This document shows, piece by piece, positions 57,089-64,000 of a stretch of DNA of 64,000 bases. The notes beneath the pieces are model-generated. The model made no database searches, was not told the origin of the DNA, and was given only the letters and a program-made list of their open reading frames with translations. Location: positions 145,856 through 209,855 of the forward strand of contig JBFWNW010000003.1 in assembly GCA_050250855.1 (NCBI GenBank), given 5' to 3'. The stretch is from Candidatus Babeliales bacterium. GTDB taxonomy: Bacteria; Babelota; Babeliae; Babelales; JACPOV01. The translations under genes were made by a program, and so were the position numbers. Each line of letters opens with the position of its first letter. Position 1 is the first letter of the stretch.

Positions 57089-57841
57089 ATGAGCCAGCCA
57101 TTTATAAAAATTAAAAACGTTTCAAAAATATACCAAACAAAAGATACATCGGTTCGTGCCCTTAATGCTATTAATCTTGATATTTACAAGGGTGAAGTAT
57201 TATCTTTACTTGGTGTTAATGGAGCTGGAAAAACTACATTATCCTCAATTTTGGCGACTCTTCATCCCCCTACAAGTGGTGATGTTCTGTACCAGGACCA
57301 CTCTATCTATAATAATCTTATAGCATATCGCACTGCTATGGGATTTTGTCCTCAACGTCCCAATTTGGATCCTTTTTTAAATGTTGAAGAAAACCTTATT
57401 TTTGCCGGTCACTATTTTTTGCTAGACAAAAAAACTATTGAACAAAGAAAAAATCATCTCATAAAGCTCCTTGGCTTACAAAAATACATTCATTTTAAGG
57501 TCGATAGACTTTCTGGTGGTTACAAACAGCGCTTACTTATTGCTCGTGCCCTCATGCATAATCCTGATTTAATTATTCTAGATGAACCAACTGTTGGCCT
57601 TGACCCAGATATTCGTCATCAACTATGGGATATTATTATCGCGTTAAAAAATGAAGGTAAAACTGTTATCTTAACAACACATTATTTGCAAGAGGCAGAA
57701 AAATTATCTGATCGCGTTTGCATTTTAAGCAAAGGTAAAATCATTATGATAGCAACATTACATGACCTCAAGGAAAAGCATAAAAAAGAAACTCTTGAAG
57801 AAATCTTTTTAGATCTCGTACACAAAGAAGAAGATGAATAA
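57089..57841 (+). CDS. ABC transporter ATP-binding protein (ABC-2 type)
   Basis: Walker A GVNGAGKTT, signature LSGGYKQR, Walker B LIILDEPTVGLD. Confidence 0.88.
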   Translation: MSQPFIKIKNVSKIYQTKDTSVRALNAINLDIYKGEVLSLLGVNGAGKTTLSSILATLHPPTSGDVLYQDHSIYNNLIAYRTAMGFCPQRPNLDPFLNVEENLIFAGHYFLLDKKTIEQRKNHLIKLLGLQKYIHFKVDRLSGGYKQRLLIARALMHNPDLIILDEPTVGLDPDIRHQLWDIIIALKNEGKTVILTTHYLQEAEKLSDRVCILSKGKIIMIATLHDLKEKHKKETLEEIFLDLVHKEEDE

Positions 57842-58634
57842 AAGTACGTTCAATATTTTAGTTGCCCTACAGCTCATAAGACGAGACCTTCTAGTTATAA
57901 TTAAAAATCGCTTGTTTGATGATCTTATTGATACAACTCTTGTTACATTTTTATTCAATTTTATATTTGGCTATTTAAGCCCTCTTATGGGAATAGATAA
58001 AAATCTTATTGCAGCTACTTTTTTGGGATCATTTACCGGCAGTATTGTTTTTATTTGTTTTTCACGAGCACTTAATGATTTAGCTGATCTTGAGATGAAT
58101 AAATTTATCGATTACCGCAGAACGCTCCCTTTTTCTTCGCGTTGGTTTTTAACGACACAAGTAATAAGCTATGCTCTACATTGCCTGATTACAACGCTTC
58201 CCGTTTTGATAATTGGAATACTATTATTAAAAAATCGTTTAGATTTTTCACATGCAAATTGGGCTTTATTTAGCATACTCTATATAAATGTCATTATGCT
58301 TATTGCTTCATTCTTTTCATGTTTGGTTTTTACTAGTTCCTTTGCCTGGTTTAAATTCAATGTATGGCAGCGCATTTTAAGCCCTTTGCTTCTTTTAGGG
58401 TGTTCATTTTTTTCTTGGAAAAAAGCATACCTCTTTTCTCCTATTTTTGCTCAGTCTCTTTTGATTAATCCCATGACCTACTGCATTGAAGGACTAAGAT
58501 CAGGACTATTTGGCAGCATACTTTTCTTGCCAGTTTCCTTGTGCTTTCCTGTTGTTGCTCTAGTATGCGGTATTTTATTCGGTACATTACTAACATTGAT
58601 ATTAAAAAATCTTGATTGGGTAAAAGAATCATGA
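57834..58634 (+). CDS. ABC-2-type transporter permease
   Basis: 266 aa with about 6 TM segments. Overlaps the ATPase stop. Confidence 0.7.
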   Translation: MNKSTFNILVALQLIRRDLLVIIKNRLFDDLIDTTLVTFLFNFIFGYLSPLMGIDKNLIAATFLGSFTGSIVFICFSRALNDLADLEMNKFIDYRRTLPFSSRWFLTTQVISYALHCLITTLPVLIIGILLLKNRLDFSHANWALFSILYINVIMLIASFFSCLVFTSSFAWFKFNVWQRILSPLLLLGCSFFSWKKAYLFSPIFAQSLLINPMTYCIEGLRSGLFGSILFLPVSLCFPVVALVCGILFGTLLTLILKNLDWVKES

Positions 58635-59428
58635 GTTTAACACTACGCTTCGTACGTATTTTTGGTTATTTCTTACTACGTGATATATATGCTTTTAAAA
58701 ACCATTGGCGGCGTGTTTTTTTTAATTTTTCAACCATTCTTCCTTTGGTTTCTTCTCTTGTATTCGGCTACTTTTTACCAAATAGTACCATGATTAATGC
58801 AACACCAGTAGAAAGCACTATTTTTTTTGTCGGTTGCATTCTATGGAGCATATTTCCTTTAGCATTCCTCATGAATCTTGACTTAATATTTGATTTGGAA
58901 CATCAGCGATTTATTGATTATCAAATTATAATGTTTAATCCTATTCTCATTTTATTAGAAAAAATTATTTTTTCAGGTCTTATAACGTTTTTTAATATTG
59001 TATTATTCTTTCCTATTTCAAAAATAATTTTAGGTAGCTATTTTTATACTACTAATACTTCGTGGCCCTCCCTCTTTCTTATTCTCATGCTTGGATCATT
59101 GTTTTGTGCAACCTTCAACATATTCATGCTTTGTTATATCAAAAGCAGCCAATCAATTGGAAGATTCTGGATGCGCGTAAACAATCCTCTTATCACATTA
59201 GGAGGCCTCTTTATGCCCTGGTATATCATGGCAAAATATTCCTATTTTTTGGGTAATTTGGCATTAGCAAATCCTTTAATATATCTTACAGAGGGCGTTC
59301 GAGCTTCAATTATAGGGGGACCCCATTTTTTCTCTGTTTTCACAGCAAGTCTTGCTCTTATCATATTCTCGACCTTCTTTTTTATTCTGAGCTGTATTTT
59401 TTTTAAAAAAAAGGTTGATTATGTATAA
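58631..59428 (+). CDS. ABC-2-type transporter permease (second subunit)
   Basis: About 6 TM segments. I prefer the ATG at 58631 (ATGA overlap with the upstream stop) to the TTG at 58616. Confidence 0.7.
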   Translation: MSLTLRFVRIFGYFLLRDIYAFKNHWRRVFFNFSTILPLVSSLVFGYFLPNSTMINATPVESTIFFVGCILWSIFPLAFLMNLDLIFDLEHQRFIDYQIIMFNPILILLEKIIFSGLITFFNIVLFFPISKIILGSYFYTTNTSWPSLFLILMLGSLFCATFNIFMLCYIKSSQSIGRFWMRVNNPLITLGGLFMPWYIMAKYSYFLGNLALANPLIYLTEGVRASIIGGPHFFSVFTASLALIIFSTFFFILSCIFFKKKVDYV

Positions 59429-59652
59429 CTTTTTTAAGAATATCTTGACTACAATGGGAAAAAGGCGTATCATCTCCTTTATCCAGATTGAAAGATCTTA
59501 ACCCTCTTTATATAGGTCTTTATGTGTAGGAAAAATAGATATCGACTTACTGTATCGCTGCTTTCAGGATGTGCATTTCTTTTCGTTTTTGCTCTAACCT
59601 CTCACTATCCACCTAAGAAAAATTCCCTTAAACATAAGATTATATACTCTGC

Positions 59653-60930
59653 CTAAAGCACAGGCTCAAACCTAAAATCTAAGAGCTTTTTACAAATGTC
59701 ATATCTATTCATCAGATCAAGCTGATCGTAAGCCCCTAGGTTAATCAGGGCGTAGCGAAAGCTATGACCATCCTTTTTATGATCTTCAGAAAGCTTTTGG
59801 CCAACGTCACCAAAAATCTCTACATGCATATCAGGAAAAATAGTTTGCAACTGCTTGATAGATCCTTCACTTGGCAGTTTTGTAATAATATGATCTTCAA
59901 ATAACCGCAATACAAAACTTGCTGCTATTTTAAACGCACCTGCTCGTTTTTTAATAATAGGCCTCTGCCCTAAAGATAACTCAATCATTATTTCATAGGT
60001 ATTAAATCCATCTACCCGCTCAAAAAGATCAGCAAATTGAGAGCTAATGCGAGGATTAATTTCTATAATCTTTATAGCCCCTGTTACTGGACTATACATG
60101 CATTCCACGTTAAAAAGAGTATTATTTAAACCCATATGCTTTATAACCCTTGCAACATCTTCTCCCATACGTTGCTGCACATCAGGCTGCAATGATGAAG
60201 GATATTCAAAACGCATAAAACTGATAGTCTGAGGATAAAAATGAGAATCAACAATACCAAGAATTGTGACTTCATTATTATAAATAAAACCTTCTACGGT
60301 CGTTTGATAACCTTGCAAAAATTCTTCTGCTATACTATTGCACGCATCATACTCAAACAGTTCATACTGTTTTAGAAAATAGTTAAATACTCCTAAAAAA
60401 TGCACCTTGGAAGCCTGAGATATTTTTTCTGCAATCTCATGAGTAGCTCTAATGATGTGAGTACCAGCGCTAAAGGTTGATTTAACTGGTTTAATAATAA
60501 AAGGAAGAGGTATTGTATTATCAATAACAGTATTATTTTTGACTAATGAATAATAAGGAACAATATCCTTGAGCACCTGCATTTGGTAGATACGCGCATA
60601 ATATTTATGCTCACACAAAAGTATAGAAAGAAGAGATGTTCCATATATTTTGAGTTTTTCCCTCAACACTGCACTCATAACATTTGCAGGATAATCATCG
60701 GTACTTACCAAACCATCAATGGCACCATTGGCATATTTAGCAACAATAACATCAAGTGCTTCCTGAGTTTTTTGCGCAATTACTTCTTGGCTTTGCGTAA
60801 CATTGCATAAGGTAGATAACCAAGAAAGGCTCGTTTCTTCAAATATAATATCATATTGCTTAAACTGCGGCCTTGAAAGCTCTCGCCTATCTCGCTGAAT
60901 GCCATTCAAAACCAAAATCTTTTTCTTCAT
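59653..60930 (-). CDS. ATP-grasp domain protein, substrate unknown
   Basis: 425 aa. PFIIKPVKSTFSAG, AEEFLQG and IKIIEINPRIS are ATP-grasp-like motifs. Confidence 0.6.
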   Translation of the reverse strand: MKKKILVLNGIQRDRRELSRPQFKQYDIIFEETSLSWLSTLCNVTQSQEVIAQKTQEALDVIVAKYANGAIDGLVSTDDYPANVMSAVLREKLKIYGTSLLSILLCEHKYYARIYQMQVLKDIVPYYSLVKNNTVIDNTIPLPFIIKPVKSTFSAGTHIIRATHEIAEKISQASKVHFLGVFNYFLKQYELFEYDACNSIAEEFLQGYQTTVEGFIYNNEVTILGIVDSHFYPQTISFMRFEYPSSLQPDVQQRMGEDVARVIKHMGLNNTLFNVECMYSPVTGAIKIIEINPRISSQFADLFERVDGFNTYEIMIELSLGQRPIIKKRAGAFKIAASFVLRLFEDHIITKLPSEGSIKQLQTIFPDMHVEIFGDVGQKLSEDHKKDGHSFRYALINLGAYDQLDLMNRYDICKKLLDFRFEPVL

Positions 60931-60976
60931 ACCAACAAAGCCCCTTGTAGAAGGTTATACTCTTTGGCATTAAGCT

Positions 60977-62821
60977 TTATTCAACGGTAACAGATTTTGC
61001 AAGATTTCGTGGTTTATCAATAGGACATCCAAGTACATGTGCAATTTCATAGACAAAAAATTGCATAAGTCCGGTCATGGCAAGAGGTGCTAGTAATGGA
61101 TTTACTTTAGGAATAATAAAACTACAATCAGCAAGCTCTTGTAGTTGATCTTGGCCTTCAAAAACAAATGCTACCAAATGTGCCTTGCGAGCTTTAACTT
61201 CTTGTGCATTGGAAAGCACTTTCTGATAAATATACGGATCAAGATGAGAAAATAAAATAACAGGTGTCTCTGCATCTAAAAGCGCTATAGGACCATGCTT
61301 TAACTCTCCTGCAGGATAACACTGAGAGAAAATATAAGAGATTTCTTTTAACTTAAGTGCCGCCTCTAAAGCAAAAGGATAACTTATGTGGCGACCTAAA
61401 AAAATAAATCGTTTGAACTGTGCATAAAATGGTGCATACTCTTTAACTATTTTTTGTCGATACTTCTCAAGTGAATTTTCAAGCACTTCAGTCGCAATGG
61501 CAGCATCATCATACATCTTTTCCATGCCTGCTTGATCAATCAATGCTTTTTCTAAAGCTATATAATGAGCAAACCAATACAGCGCTATCAACTGTGTTGA
61601 AAAAGCTTTTGTTGAAGCCACTGCAATCTCACGGCCAGCTTTTGTCAAAATATAACCAGACGCTTCACGCACCATAGTACTTGAAGCTACATTCGTTATA
61701 GCTAGAACAAAATTGCCCTGCTCTTTTACCAAGCGTAAACATTCAAGCGTATCTAACGTTTCTCCTGATTGCGATATGCAAATCGTAAGATTTTTTTCCT
61801 CTTTAAAATAAGGCATATACCGAAACTCAGAAGCAAGCATAACGCGAGCAGGAATTTTGCATAATGATTCAAAGAAAAATTGTGCTATGCGGCCAGCATG
61901 CCATGAAGTACCAGCAGCAACAATAGTAATAGATCTTAATTCTTGCAGCGACAGTTTACTTACGCCAAGCTGTCTAAAAATAGCATCAGCATCTAATGAT
62001 CGCAACAAAGAAAGTGTTGATTGAATGCCATTCTTCTGTTCGTAAATTTCTTTAAGCATAAAATGTTTGTACCCATTTTTTCCATCATCAGACCACTGCA
62101 TATCAAAGGGAACAATTTCTGGATTGAGTAAGGTACCATTAAAATCGTAGAGCTCTATATTATTTTTACCAACCAAAGCAAAACTTTGATCGGGCAAAAA
62201 AATAACATGTTGCGCAAACCCTGCAAATGCTAAGGGATCTGAGGCAACAAAGGTCTGATCATGAGCTATACCAATACAAAGCGGCGAACCTTTTCTGACT
62301 GCTATAAGCTGATCTGGCTTATCTTTAAACAAAGCAACAAAAGCATACGCGCCTTCTAAGTTTTTAACGACACTTTTGATAGCGCTCAAAGCATCATTAT
62401 CCTTAAATGCTTCCTCACAACTGTGAGCGAGAACTTCTGTATCTGTTAAAGAATGGAATACATGACCTTTTTTGATCAAGGAAGCTCTTAATTCATGATG
62501 GTTTTCAATAATGCCGTTATGAACTAATGCTAACGTTTTTTTGCAATCAAAATGGGGATGAGCATTTTGCTCAGAAATTTCACCATGAGTAGCCCATCGA
62601 GTATGCCCGATACCTATAGAACCATCAATGGGAAAACTATTGAGTTTGTCGATAAGATTTTTTAGCTGGCCTTCAGCTTTTTGATAGGTTAGGGAGTGAG
62701 TTTTGTTATCGATACAGGCAAATCCTGCAGAATCGTAACCTCGATACTCTAAGCGCCCTAACCCCTCAATAATATACTGCCTACAATACTTGTTACCTAT
62801 ATAGCCAACAACTCCACACAT
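60977..62821 (-). CDS. glmS: Glutamine--fructose-6-phosphate aminotransferase
   Basis: N-terminal MCGVVGYIG (Cys nucleophile), two SIS domains and C-terminal KPRNLAKSVTVE. Confidence 0.95.
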   Translation of the reverse strand: MCGVVGYIGNKYCRQYIIEGLGRLEYRGYDSAGFACIDNKTHSLTYQKAEGQLKNLIDKLNSFPIDGSIGIGHTRWATHGEISEQNAHPHFDCKKTLALVHNGIIENHHELRASLIKKGHVFHSLTDTEVLAHSCEEAFKDNDALSAIKSVVKNLEGAYAFVALFKDKPDQLIAVRKGSPLCIGIAHDQTFVASDPLAFAGFAQHVIFLPDQSFALVGKNNIELYDFNGTLLNPEIVPFDMQWSDDGKNGYKHFMLKEIYEQKNGIQSTLSLLRSLDADAIFRQLGVSKLSLQELRSITIVAAGTSWHAGRIAQFFFESLCKIPARVMLASEFRYMPYFKEEKNLTICISQSGETLDTLECLRLVKEQGNFVLAITNVASSTMVREASGYILTKAGREIAVASTKAFSTQLIALYWFAHYIALEKALIDQAGMEKMYDDAAIATEVLENSLEKYRQKIVKEYAPFYAQFKRFIFLGRHISYPFALEAALKLKEISYIFSQCYPAGELKHGPIALLDAETPVILFSHLDPYIYQKVLSNAQEVKARKAHLVAFVFEGQDQLQELADCSFIIPKVNPLLAPLAMTGLMQFFVYEIAHVLGCPIDKPRNLAKSVTVE

Positions 62822-62867
62822 AGGACAAACATCCTTTTTTTTTGCTTCACGGTATGTAGGAACACTA

Positions 62868-63305
62868 TTAACGTTTTACAAACTGGAACTTACGGCGAGC
62901 TGCTTTTTGTCCATATTTTTTACGTTCTTTTTGACGAGAATCAATAGTCAAAAGACCATGTTCACGCAAAGTGGGACGCAAATCTTCATCTACAGCAAGA
63001 AGTGCGCGAGCAATGCCAACTTTAAGAGCTCCTGATTGACCTTTAAGACCGCCACCCTGAATGATGGCTTCTACATCAAAGTTCATGGCTGCAGGAATAA
63101 CCTGAAAAGGCTTCGCGGCCTCTAGGCGTGCTGTTTCTGTGTCAAAATATGTTTGGTAGTCACGATTGTTAATCTTTATTGAACCAGTTCCCTTACGGAG
63201 CCAGACGCGTGCCACAGACTTTTTGCGGCGACCAACACCTTCAGCCAACGGAGAACCCTTTTTTACAGGAGTAGCTTTGGTTTTTGCTGCTTTTTGCTTT
63301 ACCAT
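62868..63305 (-). CDS. rpsI: 30S ribosomal protein S9
   Basis: GVGRRKKSVARVWL...GGGLKGQSGALKVGIARAL...RRKFQFVKR. Confidence 0.92.
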   Translation of the reverse strand: MVKQKAAKTKATPVKKGSPLAEGVGRRKKSVARVWLRKGTGSIKINNRDYQTYFDTETARLEAAKPFQVIPAAMNFDVEAIIQGGGLKGQSGALKVGIARALLAVDEDLRPTLREHGLLTIDSRQKERKKYGQKAARRKFQFVKR

Positions 63306-63442
63306 AACAGTTATGAATCCTTCATCAAAATACGCTTTGAAAATTTAATAAATACCCTATGATAGTAACAAATTTCAAGAAAAAGTCAAAACTGGAGCCA
63401 ATGATCAATAGAGAGATTGACCCCCAGGTTATTTACCTTTTT

Positions 63443-63808
63443 TTAAAATTCTTGTTTTTGGTCCTCAAAGAGCTCCTGGCACACCAAACATCTGGTAGCA
63501 TTGGGATACGATTTGAGTCTTTTTTCAGAAATAGGCTGCTCACAATCTATGCACAGACCGTAAGAACCTTCCTCAAGCATTTTAAGCGCCTGCCTAATCA
63601 TGCTGTATTCTTCCAGTTCTGTATCCTGTAAGGATATATCCAGTGTTTCTTGAGAAAGCAATTGCGCTAAATCACCCGGATCTTGTACTTGCCCTGGATT
63701 CTCTTTATTCTTATACAAATCAACAAGGAGCCTTTCTAGCTCACTTTTACGTTCAAGCAACTTTTTTTTAATAGCTTCCAACTCACTATTTTTTCTTGCC
63801 TCAGTCAC
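63443..63808 (-). CDS. DksA/TraR-family C4 zinc-finger protein
   Basis: 121 aa. Coiled-coil N-terminus and CIDCEQPI...RCLVC zinc finger. Confidence 0.75.
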   Translation of the reverse strand: MTEARKNSELEAIKKKLLERKSELERLLVDLYKNKENPGQVQDPGDLAQLLSQETLDISLQDTELEEYSMIRQALKMLEEGSYGLCIDCEQPISEKRLKSYPNATRCLVCQELFEDQKQEF

Positions 63809-64000
63809 GATTCTTCCTTTTTTGTTTAAAAAAATTTTTCAATAAGTAAGCAGATTGTTCTGCCAATAATCCTTCTTGAACATCAATATCTTTTTTATAT
63901 AGCGAAGATTGCCCCTCTTTGTCAAGCTGGTACCCAAAAAGCTTTGACCGCGCTCCATATACGACACGACTTATCCTGCTTAGTTGGATCAGCCCCATGC
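63801..64000 (-). CDS. tadA: tRNA-specific adenosine deaminase TadA, C-terminal part (gene continues past the window end)
   Basis: MGLIQLSRISRVVYGA corresponds to the conserved C-x-M-C-x-G-A-I-x-x-S-R-I-x-R-V-V-[YF]-G-A region. The Met at 63998 is internal. Confidence 0.7.
   Translation of the reverse strand, partial: MGLIQLSRISRVVYGARSKLFGYQLDKEGQSSLYKKDIDVQEGLLAEQSAYLLKNFFKQKRKNRD

Noticed and set aside
59522-59656. 44-aa ORF MCRKNRYRLTVSLLSGCAF... with a canonical lipobox (LSGC)
   Set aside because: It is too short to call from sequence alone, has no obvious RBS, and its end overlaps the ATP-grasp gene stop. Noted as a possible small lipoprotein only.
62822-62867. Possible glmS ribozyme upstream of glmS
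   Set aside because: Only 46 nt separate the rpsI stop from the glmS start. That is far too short for the roughly 170-nt ribozyme, and none of its conserved core is visible.
63306-63442. rpsI not preceded by rplM (broken L13-S9 operon)
   Set aside because: It is true that the upstream gene is dksA-like rather than rplM. Operon scrambling is common in reduced genomes, and rplM is probably elsewhere. On its own this is not informative.
1-64000. CRISPR arrays, rRNA operons, transposases, integrases, and phage or classical defence-system genes
   Set aside because: I saw no short regularly spaced direct repeats. I recognised no recombinase, transposase, reverse-transcriptase, restriction or Cas-like motifs in any ORF. 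The only repeats are those reported above.

Overview
AT-rich, gene-dense bacterial chromosome segment with about 60 CDS. The gene content suggests a reduced, host-associated, Gram-negative-type bacterium. It has three NTT-family ATP/ADP translocase paralogs, Sec-signal ankyrin-repeat proteins, eukaryote-like lipases and a tolQ-tolR-tolA-tolB cluster. This fits an amoeba or protist endosymbiont such as Dependentiae (TM6) or a chlamydia- or rickettsia-like lineage, but the taxon is inference only. Core genes recognised: rpsT, rpmB, suhB-like, ftsH, tolQRAB, cca, dsbD, hpf, der, dnaX, rpsB, lon, cmk, recJ, sod, ftsB-like, rapZ, ctp, glmS, rpsI, dksA-like and tadA (partial). RNA genes found by eye: tRNA-Ser(GGA) and a small SRP (4.5S) RNA. 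I saw no rRNA, CRISPR array, transposase, integrase or phage genes. Main points for follow-up: (1) an FtsH with two complete tandem AAA+ modules; (2) an A-B-A-B tandem array of four signal-peptide M48-like (HExxH...ExxAD) metalloprotease paralogs next to a CPBP/Abi protease; (3) a 7.8 kb block of secreted proteins including a eukaryote-type cPLA2-like phospholipase and a sphingomyelinase-C-like enzyme; (4) a translationally coupled five-gene operon (GNAT, ABC exporter, P-loop kinase, lipobox kinase-HAD fusion, GNAT); (5) a 189-bp duplicated GNAT 3' end bracketing a 3 kb accessory block; (6) a family of GC-rich inverted-repeat elements in intergenic regions.
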